DNA of 18,159 nt, taken from Fidelibacterota bacterium. GTDB lineage: Bacteria > Fidelibacterota > Marinisomatia > Marinisomatales > TCS56. Positions 8,370-18,098 of the stretch are shown in pieces. Within the stretch, counting starts at the first letter, position 1. Every line of letters begins with the position of its first letter. The notes beneath the pieces were generated by a model. The model saw only the letters and a list, made by a program, of their open reading frames with translations, was not told where the DNA came from and made no database searches. The stretch lies in NCBI GenBank assembly GCA_043822705.1, contig JBDRBK010000121.1:1-18159 (forward strand), in the 5' to 3' direction. Made by a program: the position numbers and the translations under genes.

Positions 8370-9019
8370 TCCAGCACCACCGGTTTAAAAAGCCAACTGT
8401 TCGCCGCCCGGTGCCGGTCTTCGAATTCCCCGATCTCAGCCGCATGGCGCAGAGTCTGGCCGATTTCATCCAGACCGTTCAGCAGGTTGCTCTTGCGGTA
8501 GGGATCGATGTCGAACGAAATCGTTGTATGGTCGCAGGTGCTGATCTGCTGCTGTTCCAGGTCGACTGTCATACGGTAACCGGGATTGCGCGCCACCGCC
8601 GCGAATAGCTGCTCGATCGTCGCCGGGTCAAGCACGATCGGCAGGATACCGTTCTTGAAACAGTTGTTGTAAAAAATATCGGCAAAACTGGCCGCGATGA
8701 TCGTCCGGAGACCATAATCCAGCAGCGCCCAGGGCGCATGCTCGCGACTGGAACCGCAGCCGAAATTGGCGCGGGTCAACAGGATCGTCGCATTACGATA
8801 GGGTTCGCGGTTCAGGATAAAATCCTGATTCAGCGGGCGACGGCTGCAATCCATTCCCGGTTCGCCGTGGTCGCGGTAGCGCCATTCATCGAACAGGTAG
8901 GGCCCAAAACCGGTACGTTGGATCGATTTCAGAAATTGTTTGGGTATGATGGCATCGGTGTCTACGTTGGAACGATCCAACGGGGCTACCGTGCCCGATA
9001 CACGGGTGTATTTATCCAT
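8366..9019 (-). CDS. leuD: 3-isopropylmalate dehydratase small subunit, 217 aa
   Basis: Motifs [42 protein letters not shown] and LLNGLDEIG. Start is ATG 9019 (MDKYTRV) with AGGAG upstream, overlapping leuC by 8 nt. Confidence 0.97.
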   Translation of the reverse strand: MDKYTRVSGTVAPLDRSNVDTDAIIPKQFLKSIQRTGFGPYLFDEWRYRDHGEPGMDCSRRPLNQDFILNREPYRNATILLTRANFGCGSSREHAPWALLDYGLRTIIAASFADIFYNNCFKNGILPIVLDPATIEQLFAAVARNPGYRMTVDLEQQQISTCDHTTISFDIDPYRKSNLLNGLDEIGQTLRHAAEIGEFEDRHRAANSWLFKPVVLE

Positions 9020-10418
9020 TGGAATCTCCTGACGGCAAATGCCGCACATCGACAAAATGACCATGAAGCGCGGCGGCGGCGGCCATGGCGGAACTGACCA
9101 GATGGGTACGGCCACCGGCGCCCTGCCGGCCTTCGAAATTGCGGTTGGACGTCGACGCGCAGCGTTCACCCGGTTCCAGCCGATCGGCATTCATCGCCAG
9201 GCACATCGAACAGCCGGGTTCCCGCCACTGAAAACCGGCCTCCCTAAATATCCGGTCGAGTCCCTCACGCTCAGCCTGACTTTTGATACTGCCCGATCCC
9301 GGCACCACCAGTGCCAGCTTGATCGAAGCAGCCACCCGGCGGCCGTGCACCACGGCGGCCGCGGAGCGCAGGTCCTCGATCCGCGCGTTAGTGCACGAAC
9401 CGATAAATATCTTGTCCAATTGGATATCACGGATCGCGGTCCCCGGCGCCAGCCCCATGTATTCCAGGGCGCGGCGTTGCCCGGCGGAAAGGTCGTCGTC
9501 GGGGATGGTCCCATCCACGGCCGCTACCATTTCCGGCGAAGTACCCCAGGTTACCTGCGGCGCCACGGAGGCCGCAGCAATGATGACAACGCGATCGAAT
9601 TCGGCCCCGGGGTCGCTGTGTAATTCCCGCCAGGCCTTCACCGCCCGCTCCCACTCGGCGCCCTGCGGCGCCAGCGGCCGGTCGCGCAGATAATCGATGG
9701 TCTTGTCGTCCACGGCGATTAATCCGGCGCGGGCGCCGGCTTCGATCGCCATGTTGCAAACCGTCATCCGCTCCTCGACCGATAGTGCTACGATAGCGGT
9801 TCCTGCAAATTCGATCGTATAACCGGTACCGCCGGCGGTGCCGATCCGGCCGATGATTGCCAGAATCAAATCCTTGGCGCCGACGCCGGAGGACAACCGT
9901 CCATCCACCCTGATCAGTAAATTTTTCGCCCGCGGCTGCACCAGGCACTGGGTAGCCAGCACGTGCTCCACTTCCGAAGTGCCGATGCCGAATGCCAGCG
10001 CCCCCAGGGCACCGTGGGTGGCGGTGTGGGAGTCGCCGCAAACCACCGTCATGCCCGGCAGGGTGCCACCGATTTCCGGTCCGACCACGTGCACGATGCC
10101 CTGCCGGCGATCGTCCATCGGCAGGTAAGGAATCCCAAATTCGGCACAATTCCGCTCGAGTGTCGCCACCTGCAGGGTCGAGACCGGGTCGGTGATCCCC
10201 TGAACTCGGTTTTCGGTGGGAATATTGTGATCGGCCATGGCCAGATTGGCCCCGGGATGGCGTGGTGACCGGCCGGCCAGCCGCAGACCTTCGAAGGCCT
10301 GGGGCGAGGTTACCTCGTGCAGGTAGTGGCGGTCGATGTACAGCAGGTCGGCCCCGCCGGCTTCAGGGCGCACCAGGTGGGCGTCACGGATTTTATCATA
10401 TAATGTTTTCTTACTCAT
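9012..10418 (-). CDS. leuC: 3-isopropylmalate dehydratase large subunit, 468 aa
   Basis: Motifs [50 protein letters not shown] ([4Fe-4S] Cys ligands) and [12 protein letters not shown]. Start is ATG 10418 (MSKKTLYDK), 4 nt after the leuA stop. Confidence 0.97.
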   Translation of the reverse strand: MSKKTLYDKIRDAHLVRPEAGGADLLYIDRHYLHEVTSPQAFEGLRLAGRSPRHPGANLAMADHNIPTENRVQGITDPVSTLQVATLERNCAEFGIPYLPMDDRRQGIVHVVGPEIGGTLPGMTVVCGDSHTATHGALGALAFGIGTSEVEHVLATQCLVQPRAKNLLIRVDGRLSSGVGAKDLILAIIGRIGTAGGTGYTIEFAGTAIVALSVEERMTVCNMAIEAGARAGLIAVDDKTIDYLRDRPLAPQGAEWERAVKAWRELHSDPGAEFDRVVIIAAASVAPQVTWGTSPEMVAAVDGTIPDDDLSAGQRRALEYMGLAPGTAIRDIQLDKIFIGSCTNARIEDLRSAAAVVHGRRVAASIKLALVVPGSGSIKSQAEREGLDRIFREAGFQWREPGCSMCLAMNADRLEPGERCASTSNRNFEGRQGAGGRTHLVSSAMAAAAALHGHFVDVRHLPSGDSNG

Positions 10419-10422
10419 CGGT

Positions 10423-11991
10423 TCAGGGGGTCTGGTTATTATCGTCGGCAACCGGCAGGTCGTGCTGCAGCAGATGCTCGTTGATCGCCTGCAGGTAGGC
10501 CTTGGCGCTGGCCTCCACCACATCGGTGGAAACGCCACGACCGGTAAATGACCGCTGGCCGTTACGGATTCGCACGGTGGCTTCGCCCTGGGCCGCCCGG
10601 CCCATCGTAACCGAGCGCACCTGGTAACTTTCAATATGGAACTGGGATTGCAACGCCCGGTCGATGGCATTGAAACAGGCGTTCACCGGACCATCGCCGG
10701 TGGCGGATTCCTCGGTCATGCCGGCGCCGTCGCGGATGCGGATAGTGGCGGTGGGAATCGTGGTGGTGCCCATGATGACATGGAGGTAATCCAGGGTATA
10801 GCGATAATCCTTGCGATACAGGGCATCGCCGATCATCACCCGCAGATCGTCATCATAAACCTCTTTCTTCTTGTCCGCCAGCAGCAGGAATTTTTCATAA
10901 ACGAGGGTCAATTCATCTTTGGTCAGCTTGTAGCCGAGATCGGCCAGCCGCGCTTTCAGTCCGTGCCGCCCGGAATGGCGCCCCAGCACGATCCTGGTCC
11001 GGCTGACACCCACCGTCGCCGGGGCCATAATTTCATAGGTGCGCTGGTCTTTGAGAACGCCGTCCTGGTGAATCCCCGACTCATGGGCGAAGGCGTTATC
11101 ACCAACGATGGCCTTGTTGGGCTGGACGACGATCCCGGTGAAAGTGGAGACCATCCGGCTGGTGTTGTAAATTTCTTCGGCCCGAATCCCGGTGTCGAGG
11201 TTCCAGAAATCCTTGCGCACCCGCAGCGCCATGGCGATTTCTTCCAGCGAGGCGTTGCCGGCCCGTTCGCCGATGCCGTTGATCGTACACTCGACCTGGC
11301 GCGCACCATTGGCCACCGCCGCCAGCGAATTAGCGACCGCCAGCCCCAGATCGTTGTGACAGTGAACGCTGATCACGGCCCGGTCGATATTGGGCACGCG
11401 CTGTTTCAGGGCAGCGATTTTTTCGCCGAATTCAGCCGGCATGGTGTAGCCGGTAGTATCGGGAATGTTGACCGTGGTGGCGCCGGCGGCAATCACTGCC
11501 TCGACCACTTCCGCCAGATAAGCGATGTCGGTCCGGCCGGCATCCTCGGGGGAAAATTCCACATCGGCGGTATAGGTCAGCGCCAGTTCGACGGCATCCA
11601 CTGCCATTTTCAGAATCACGGCCCGTTTTTCCGTCAACGACCGGCCATAACGATCAGCGCCGAACTTGCCCAAAATATGAATGTCGGAGGTGCCGGCGAA
11701 AGTGTGAATCCGCGGGTGCCGGGCGCCGCTCAGGGCAGCGGCAGCAGCTTTGATGTCGCCTTCCACCGCCCGCGCCAGACCGGCCACCACCGTGTCCACC
11801 GCTCCGGCCACCCGTTGCACCGCATCGAACTGGACCTGCGACGACACCGGGAAACCGGCCTCGATCACATCCACCTGTAGTCGCGCCAGTTGCCGGGCGA
11901 TTTCCACTTTTTCATTCACATTCAGGGAGGCACCGGGCGTCTGTTCTCCGTCGCGCAGGGTCGTATCGAAAATAATTATCCTGTTTTTCAT
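10423..11991 (-). CDS. leuA: 2-isopropylmalate synthase, ~522 aa
   Basis: Motifs [69 protein letters not shown] and LGRHSGRH, plus a C-terminal regulatory domain (GDGPVNA). Start is ATG 11991 (alternative 12003). Confidence 0.96.
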   Translation of the reverse strand: MKNRIIIFDTTLRDGEQTPGASLNVNEKVEIARQLARLQVDVIEAGFPVSSQVQFDAVQRVAGAVDTVVAGLARAVEGDIKAAAAALSGARHPRIHTFAGTSDIHILGKFGADRYGRSLTEKRAVILKMAVDAVELALTYTADVEFSPEDAGRTDIAYLAEVVEAVIAAGATTVNIPDTTGYTMPAEFGEKIAALKQRVPNIDRAVISVHCHNDLGLAVANSLAAVANGARQVECTINGIGERAGNASLEEIAMALRVRKDFWNLDTGIRAEEIYNTSRMVSTFTGIVVQPNKAIVGDNAFAHESGIHQDGVLKDQRTYEIMAPATVGVSRTRIVLGRHSGRHGLKARLADLGYKLTKDELTLVYEKFLLLADKKKEVYDDDLRVMIGDALYRKDYRYTLDYLHVIMGTTTIPTATIRIRDGAGMTEESATGDGPVNACFNAIDRALQSQFHIESYQVRSVTMGRAAQGEATVRIRNGQRSFTGRGVSTDVVEASAKAYLQAINEHLLQHDLPVADDNNQTP

Positions 11992-12004
11992 CGTCACTTC
12001 CATT

Positions 12005-13093
12005 TCAGTCGGTCGGGGCCGGTGCACGTACGGCCTGTAATTGATCGATAAGATGGTCGCCCATCCGCGAGGTGGAAACCACCGTCGAAGTACCGCCGGC
12101 AATATCGGCGGTGCGGTAACCGGCATCCAGTACGGCCTCGATGGCCGACTGCAGCTGGTCCGCCGCCTGCTTCAGGTGCAGGGAATAGTCCAGCAGCATG
12201 ACCAGCGACCCGATCATCGCCAGCGGATTGGCCTGGTTCTTTCCGGCAATCTCCGGCGCCGAACCGTGGACCGGTTCGTACAAGGCGTACTTCGTGCCCA
12301 GACTGGCCGACGGCAGCATACCCAGACTGCCGGTGATCATGGCGGCGATATCGCTGAGAATGTCACCGAACATGTTCTGAGTCACGATCACATCGAACTG
12401 GCGCGGGTCCCGCACCAGTTGCATGGCGGCGTTGTCCACGTACATGTCGGTCAGCTCCACCTGCGGGTAATCGCGGGCCACTTCACGGACGATCGAACGC
12501 CAGAACTGGGAGCTTTCCAGCACGTTGGCCTTGTGCACCGAGGTGACCCGACCGCGCCGTTTGCCGGCCAGTTCGCAGGCCACACGGGCGATCCGCTCGA
12601 CCTCGAGCCGGGTGTAGACCAGGGTATTCCAGCCGCGCTCGGTATCCAGACCGCGGGGCTGGCCGAAATAGATACCGCCGGTAAGTTCACGAACGACCAG
12701 AATGTCGACGCCTGTCAGCACTTCTTTTTTTAGCGATGAGGCCTGCGCCAGGGCCGGGTAGATGCGGGCCGGCCGCAGATTGGAGAACAGTCCCAGGGCG
12801 GATCGCAGTTTCAACAGTCCCGCTTCCGGTTTCTGCTGCTGCGGCAGGTCATCCCACTGCGGTCCGCCGACGGCGCCCAGCAGAACCGCATCCGACTCCT
12901 GACAGATTTGCAGCGCGGCGTCGGTCAAAGGAACGCCGAATTGCTCAATCGAACAGCCGCCCACCAGGGCGGTCGTAGTGGCGAAACGAATGCCGTTCAA
13001 ATCACCAACCGCCGTCAGAACTTTCAGGGCGACATTCATGACTTCCGGACCGATCCCGTCACCGGGCAAAATCGCCAGTTTAACTGTCCGCAC
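12005..13093 (-). CDS. leuB: 3-isopropylmalate dehydrogenase, 362 aa
   Basis: Motifs LPGDGIGPEV, AVLLGAVGGP, VRELTGGIYFG, HKANVLE, NMFGDILSD, GSLGMLPSASLG and YEPVHGSAPEIAGK. GTG start with AGGAGG upstream. Confidence 0.97.
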   Translation of the reverse strand: MRTVKLAILPGDGIGPEVMNVALKVLTAVGDLNGIRFATTTALVGGCSIEQFGVPLTDAALQICQESDAVLLGAVGGPQWDDLPQQQKPEAGLLKLRSALGLFSNLRPARIYPALAQASSLKKEVLTGVDILVVRELTGGIYFGQPRGLDTERGWNTLVYTRLEVERIARVACELAGKRRGRVTSVHKANVLESSQFWRSIVREVARDYPQVELTDMYVDNAAMQLVRDPRQFDVIVTQNMFGDILSDIAAMITGSLGMLPSASLGTKYALYEPVHGSAPEIAGKNQANPLAMIGSLVMLLDYSLHLKQAADQLQSAIEAVLDAGYRTADIAGGTSTVVSTSRMGDHLIDQLQAVRAPAPTD

Positions 13094-13097
13094 CGTT

Positions 13098-14099
13098 CTA
13101 ATCCTCCTGCGGTTTGAGCCAGGACATCAGGGAGCGCAGGCGGGCGCCGACCCGTTCGATCGGGTGCTCGCGATTTTCCCGGCGGAGGCGTTCCAGATTG
13201 GGCTGACCGTTGCGGTTTTCAGCAATCCATTCGCGGGCGAAACTGCCATCCTGTACCGCTTGCAAAATCTTTTTCATGGCGGTCCGGCTTTCGTCGGTGA
13301 TGATCCGGCTGCCGCGGCTCATGCCACCGTATTCAGCGGTGTCGCTGACAGAATAATTCATCCGCGTCAATCCGCCTTCGTAATACAGATCGACGATCAG
13401 TTTCAGTTCGTGCATGCACTCGAAGTAGGCCAGTTCCGGCGGATAACCCGCCTCCACCAGGGTGGTGAATCCGGCCTTGACCAGCTCGGCTGAACCGCCG
13501 CAGAGTACGGCCTGCTCGCCGAACAGGTCGGTCTCGGTTTCATCTTTGAAATTGGTTTCGAGGGCGCCGGCGCGGGCGCAGCCGATCCCTCGCGCCCAGG
13601 CCAGCGCCAGGTTTTTGGCCTGCCCGGTGGCATCCTGGTGAACGGCAATCAAACACGGCACGCCCTGGCCGCTCTGGTAGGTCCGGCGCACCAGGTGGCC
13701 GGGACTCTTGGGCGCCACCATCCAGACGTCCACACCCACCGGCGGTACGATCTGGCCATAATGGATATTGAATCCGTGGCCGAATGCCAGGGAATTGCCG
13801 GGCTGCAAATTGGGTGCGATCTCGTCCTGGTAAACCTGTTGCTGGTGCTGGTCCGGCAGCAAAACCATCACCACGTCGCCCCAGGCGGTGGCCTCCGCAA
13901 CCGTTTTGACCGGCAGTCCGGCAGCCTGGGCGCGGGCCCGTGACAGACTGTCCGGCTTCAAACCAACGCAGACTTCCAGCCCGCTGTCGTGCAGATTGAG
14001 GGCGTGAGCGTGCCCCTGACTGCCGTAACCGAGGACGGCTAATTTTTTTTCCCGCAGATAATTCAGATCCGCATCCTGCTCATAATAGGCATTGACCAT
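13098..14099 (-). CDS. ilvC: Ketol-acid reductoisomerase (class I, short form), 333 aa
   Basis: Motifs [64 protein letters not shown] and [17 protein letters not shown]. Confidence 0.98.
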   Translation of the reverse strand: MVNAYYEQDADLNYLREKKLAVLGYGSQGHAHALNLHDSGLEVCVGLKPDSLSRARAQAAGLPVKTVAEATAWGDVVMVLLPDQHQQQVYQDEIAPNLQPGNSLAFGHGFNIHYGQIVPPVGVDVWMVAPKSPGHLVRRTYQSGQGVPCLIAVHQDATGQAKNLALAWARGIGCARAGALETNFKDETETDLFGEQAVLCGGSAELVKAGFTTLVEAGYPPELAYFECMHELKLIVDLYYEGGLTRMNYSVSDTAEYGGMSRGSRIITDESRTAMKKILQAVQDGSFAREWIAENRNGQPNLERLRRENREHPIERVGARLRSLMSWLKPQED

Positions 14100-14102
14100 A
14101 AT

Positions 14103-14666
14103 TCACTCCTGTGTTCGGTGGTAAGCGCTCAGGTTTTCCGGCGACCATGACAGATCATCGGCCTGATCGTTGGCATTCAATTTTCCGTTTTTCCCGCGAC
14201 GCATGGCGATTTTCCCGGTCCGCGACATTTCCAGGATACCAAACGGTTGCAGCGCCCCGATCAGCGCCCGGATCGTATCTTCGTCTTCCATGGCTTCCAC
14301 AATCGCCGTGGTGTTGCCCATGTCCACGATCCGGGCGCCAAATGGTTTGATGACATTGCTCAGATCGTTCAGGCGGTCCGGTCCGGCCGAAATTTTGACC
14401 ATAATACATTCCCGGATCACGCAGGGCAGGGATGACACATCCTTCACCGCCACCACATTCACCAGTTTCAGCAGACTGAAATAAATATTGCCGCGTTTGT
14501 GGGGATCGTTTTCGTCGGCCACGATCGTCATCCGGCTGATGCCGGGTTTTTCGCTGTGGCCGGCCACGATGCTGACAATATTGTAATTCCGGCGGCGGAA
14601 GAGGCTGGCGATCCGGTTCAACACCCCCGGCTTATCTTCGGCCAGGGCGATCAGGGTTTGTTTCAT
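14103..14666 (-). CDS. ilvN: Acetolactate synthase small regulatory subunit, 187 aa
   Basis: ACT motif EDKPGVLNRIASLFRRRNYNI, plus SRMTIV and C-terminal GILEMSRTGKIAMRRG. ATGA overlap with ilvB. Confidence 0.95.
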   Translation of the reverse strand: MKQTLIALAEDKPGVLNRIASLFRRRNYNIVSIVAGHSEKPGISRMTIVADENDPHKRGNIYFSLLKLVNVVAVKDVSSLPCVIRECIMVKISAGPDRLNDLSNVIKPFGARIVDMGNTTAIVEAMEDEDTIRALIGALQPFGILEMSRTGKIAMRRGKNGKLNANDQADDLSWSPENLSAYHRTQE

Positions 14667-16411
14667 GGCACCTGTACTTTCGGTTGCGTTTCACTGATGG
14701 CTGTTAGTTGCATAGTCGGTCGGAGAATCATCTGGTGCAGGTCGGCCCCGGCAGGTACCATCGGGTAGACCATGTCGTGCTGCTCGACGATCAATTCGAT
14801 CAGGACCGGTCCCGGGGTGCGCCGCGCCTTTTCCATTGTGGGAATGATCTGATCCAGCTTGTCGACGCGGTAGCCCGGCAGCCCATAGGCCTCCGCCAGT
14901 TTCACATAGTCGGGACTGGCGATCGGCGTCTCGGCATAGCGGGCGTTGTAGAACATCTGCTGCCACTGCCGCACCATTCCCAGGTAGCCGTTGTTCATAA
15001 TGACAATATTGATATTGGCTCGTTCCTGGACGGCCGTGGCCAGCTCGGTGATCGTCATCTGGATGCCGCCGTCACCGGCAATGACCCAGATTTCCCGCTC
15101 CCGTTCATGGAAGCTGGCGCCGATCGCCGCCGGCAGGCTGAAACCCATCGTACCCAGCCCGCCGGAAGTCAGCAGGGTCCGGGGCTGCTCGTGCCGGTAA
15201 TATTGCGCTTCCAGCATCTGATGCTGGCCCACATCGGAAACGATCAGGGCGTTACCGGCGGTACCTTCCCAGATTTTATGGATCGCCCGCGCCCCCAGCA
15301 TTTCGGTATAACCATTGCGGACTACGTCCCGGGCGCGGGTCCCGGCCTGCCATTGCCCGATCGTAGCCAGCCAGTCCTGGTGCCGGCGCCGGTCGATTCG
15401 GGGCAGGACGCTCCGTAGAACTTCCGCCAGGTCGCCCACCAGCGGCAGGTTGACCAGCACATTCTTGTTGATTTCCGATGCATCGATATCGATGTGAATT
15501 TTTTTCGAGTTGGGCGAATAATTTTTCAAGTTGCCGGTGACGCGGTCGTCAAAGCGCATACCGCAGGCGATCAACAAGTCGGCATTCTGAATCGCCAGAT
15601 TGACACAGGCCTCGCCGTGCATGCCCATCATGCCCAGGGTCAGTGGGTGACTGTCCGGCACGGCTCCGATCCCCAACAAAGTGGTGGCCACCGGAATCGC
15701 GGCTTTTTCCATCAGTTCCCGCACTTCGGGACAAGCGTCGGAAAGAATCACGCCGTGGCCCACCAACAGTAGCGGCCGTTCCGCCGCATTGACCAGGCGC
15801 GCAAACTCATCCAACTGGCCGTCGCTGACCTGCCGCGGTAATTGATAGCCGGGCAGGTCGGGCGGTTCTGTGGGATAGACGAATTCGCAGGCGGCGTTCT
15901 GCACATCCTTGGGGATGTCGACCAGCACCGGTCCCGGCCGGCCGCTGCGGGCGATGTAGAACGCCTCACGGATCGTCGCCGCCAGTTCCTCGACCTGCAT
16001 CACCAGATAACTGTGCTTGGTAACCGGGATCGTAGCTCCGGTAATGTCCACTTCCTGGAAGGCATCGCTGCCGATCACGCTGGTAGCCACCTGGCCGGTG
16101 ATGCAGACGATCGGCGACGAATCCAGCATGGCGGTGGCCATCCCGGTGATCATATTGGTGGCGCCTGGACCGGAAGTACCGATGGCGACACCGACCTTCC
16201 CGCTGGCGCGGGCATAGCCATCGGCCATGTGGGTGGCGCCCTGCTCGTGGCGGACCAGTACGTGGTGGATGCTGTCGCGGTATTTATTCAGCGCGTCGTA
16301 GGTCGGCAGAATCGCCCCGCCGGGATAGCCGAACACCACCTCCACGCCTTCCTGTTTGAGACATTCCCAGATGATCTCGGCGCCGGTCAGTAATTTTGGT
16401 TGGGATTTCAT
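14663..16411 (-). CDS. ilvB: Acetolactate synthase large (catalytic) subunit, ~582 aa
   Basis: Motifs FGYPGGAILP, RHEQGATHMADGYAR, TSGPGATN, RFDDRVTG, SGGLGTMGF and the ThDP motif GDGG...NNGYLGMVRQWQ. Start is ATG 16411 (AAGGA upstream) or ATG 16426 (TAATG overlap with the ilvD stop). Confidence 0.96.
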   Translation of the reverse strand: MKSQPKLLTGAEIIWECLKQEGVEVVFGYPGGAILPTYDALNKYRDSIHHVLVRHEQGATHMADGYARASGKVGVAIGTSGPGATNMITGMATAMLDSSPIVCITGQVATSVIGSDAFQEVDITGATIPVTKHSYLVMQVEELAATIREAFYIARSGRPGPVLVDIPKDVQNAACEFVYPTEPPDLPGYQLPRQVSDGQLDEFARLVNAAERPLLLVGHGVILSDACPEVRELMEKAAIPVATTLLGIGAVPDSHPLTLGMMGMHGEACVNLAIQNADLLIACGMRFDDRVTGNLKNYSPNSKKIHIDIDASEINKNVLVNLPLVGDLAEVLRSVLPRIDRRRHQDWLATIGQWQAGTRARDVVRNGYTEMLGARAIHKIWEGTAGNALIVSDVGQHQMLEAQYYRHEQPRTLLTSGGLGTMGFSLPAAIGASFHEREREIWVIAGDGGIQMTITELATAVQERANINIVIMNNGYLGMVRQWQQMFYNARYAETPIASPDYVKLAEAYGLPGYRVDKLDQIIPTMEKARRTPGPVLIELIVEQHDMVYPMVPAGADLHQMILRPTMQLTAISETQPKVQVP

Positions 16412-16425
16412 ATTGGCTTCCTTCA

Positions 16426-17010
16426 TTATTGCAATACCGCCCCCGTGTTGGCGGATGTTACCAGGCGGGCGTAGCGTCCCAGGTAACCGCCGCTGATCCG
16501 CGGCCGGAACTCCGGCAGCCGAGCCAGCCGCGCTTCGATTTCATTGTCACTGAGGTTGACGGACAGCGTCTGACCGGGAATGTCGATCGTAATCCGGTCG
16601 CCATCACGCAGGGCGGCGATCGGTCCCCGCCGGGACGCTTCCGGCGAAACGTGACCGACACAGGCACCGCGGGTGCCGCCGGAAAAGCGACCGTCGGTGA
16701 TCAGCGCCACCGATTCCCCCAGCCCCATTCCCATCAGGGCGCTGGTGGGCGCCAGCATTTCCGGCATACCGGGACCGCCCTGCGGACCTTCGTAACGGAT
16801 TACGACCACCTCACCCGGCCGGACTTCACCGGCCAGAATTCCGGTCTGAGCGGCGTCCTGAGATTCATAGATGCGGGCCGGACCGCTGTGCACCAGCATT
16901 TTCTCAGCAACAGCGCCGGTCTTCACTACCGCCCCGTCCGGCGCCAGGTTGCCGAACAACACCGCCAGTCCGCCGGTGGCGGAATAGGGCTTGTCCAGGG
17001 ACCGGATCAC
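16426..17010 (-). CDS. ilvD: Dihydroxy-acid dehydratase, C-terminal portion (194 aa) downstream of a frameshift
   Basis: Motifs [45 protein letters not shown] (catalytic Ser region), GHVSPEA and LVTSANTGA. Begins at GTG 17010, overlapping the TGA of the N-terminal portion. Confidence 0.9.
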   Translation of the reverse strand: MIRSLDKPYSATGGLAVLFGNLAPDGAVVKTGAVAEKMLVHSGPARIYESQDAAQTGILAGEVRPGEVVVIRYEGPQGGPGMPEMLAPTSALMGMGLGESVALITDGRFSGGTRGACVGHVSPEASRRGPIAALRDGDRITIDIPGQTLSVNLSDNEIEARLARLPEFRPRISGGYLGRYARLVTSANTGAVLQ

Positions 17011-18098
17011 GGGGTATCGGTAATCCGGGCCGTCGCGATGTTTTCGCCCAGGGACTGGCCGGTCACGGTGGGCCGGTCTAATGCCAGCAGGCCCGGCCGT
17101 TTGGACAACTCCCGCAGGAGGGCGGAAATGCCGCCGGCCCGGTCCACATCTTCCATGTGCACCGTTCGGCTGGCGGGACTGACCTGGCAGAGATAGGGCG
17201 TGCGCCGGGCCAGTTCGTTCAGCTCCCGCAGATTGAATTCGATGCCCGCCTCCCGGGTGATAGCCAGGGTGTGCAGGATGGTATTGGTGCTGCCGCCCAG
17301 GGCCAGATCAAGTACAAAAGCATTGCGGATCGCGTCCCGGTTGATGATATCCAACGGTTTCAGATCTTTTGCTACCAGATCGATGATCCTCCGGCCCGCT
17401 TCCCGGACCAGCTCCTCGCGGCGAGCATCCACCGCCAGGATCGTGCCGTTGCCGGGCAGCGCCATTCCCAATGCTTCAAGCAGACAATTCATGGAATTGG
17501 CGGTAAACATGCCGGCACAGGAACCGCAAGTCGGGCAGGCGGATTTTTCCAGGTCCAGCAGGGCCGTCGCATCGATCGTACCGGATTGCCGGCTTCCCAC
17601 GCCTTCAAACACTGAGATCAGGTCCACTTTTTCACCACTCGCCAGCCGGCCGGCCCGCATCGGTCCGCCGGAAACAAATATGGCGGGAATATTCAGCCGC
17701 ACCGCCGCCATCAGCATGCCGGGGACGATCTTATCGCAATTGGTGAGGCACAGCAGTCCATCGAGCTGGTGCGCCTGAGCCACGGTTTCGACACTGTCGG
17801 CAATCAATTCCCGGCTGGCCAGCGAGTAACGCATGCCGATATGCCCCATGGCGATACCGTCATCGACACCGATTGTATTGAATTCGAAGGGTACGGCGCC
17901 GGCGGTACGAATGGCATCTTTGGCCAGACGGCCGAACTCCTGCAGGTGAACGTGGCCGGGAATCAGGTCGGTATAGGAATTGGCCACACCAATGAACGGC
18001 TTGGCAAAGTCATCCTCACTGCGGATGGCACCGGTGGCCCGCAGCAGGCTGCGGTGCGGGGCATGTTCGAATCCCTGTTTGATTTTATCCGATCGCAT
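17007..18098 (-). CDS. ilvD: Dihydroxy-acid dehydratase, N-terminal portion (363 aa), ending at a premature TGA
   Basis: Motifs IPGHVHL (PGH type, as in E. coli [4Fe-4S] IlvD), [54 protein letters not shown] and [18 protein letters not shown] upstream of ATG 18098. Confidence 0.92.
   Translation of the reverse strand: MRSDKIKQGFEHAPHRSLLRATGAIRSEDDFAKPFIGVANSYTDLIPGHVHLQEFGRLAKDAIRTAGAVPFEFNTIGVDDGIAMGHIGMRYSLASRELIADSVETVAQAHQLDGLLCLTNCDKIVPGMLMAAVRLNIPAIFVSGGPMRAGRLASGEKVDLISVFEGVGSRQSGTIDATALLDLEKSACPTCGSCAGMFTANSMNCLLEALGMALPGNGTILAVDARREELVREAGRRIIDLVAKDLKPLDIINRDAIRNAFVLDLALGGSTNTILHTLAITREAGIEFNLRELNELARRTPYLCQVSPASRTVHMEDVDRAGGISALLRELSKRPGLLALDRPTVTGQSLGENIATARITDTP

Larger units (their letters stand above)
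16426..18098 (-). pseudogene. ilvD: Whole ilvD locus read as one gene interrupted by a 1-nt deletion (alternative reading of the two fragments)
   Basis: Adding one base at the minus-strand CCCC run (plus strand GGGG, 17011-17014) fuses the two ORFs into a 557-aa IlvD with no missing sequence. The sequence alone cannot separate a true mutation from a sequencing error. Confidence 0.5.

Noticed and set aside
10636..11880. 414-aa plus-strand ORF, and many other 100-270 aa plus-strand ORFs (e.g. 5683-6318, 6867-7547, 12041-12733, 14708-15418, 16396-17196)
   Set aside because: They lie antisense to well-conserved enzymes and show no recognisable motifs. Such shadow ORFs are expected in GC-rich coding DNA.
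9020..12126. Extended N-termini in the ORF track for leuA (12126), leuC (10670) and leuD (9190); likewise thrB (3335), AK (5831) and the hypothetical gene (990)
   Set aside because: The extensions mostly overlap upstream genes and are not family-like. Downstream starts match the family N-termini and mostly have RBS-like motifs or tight coupling.
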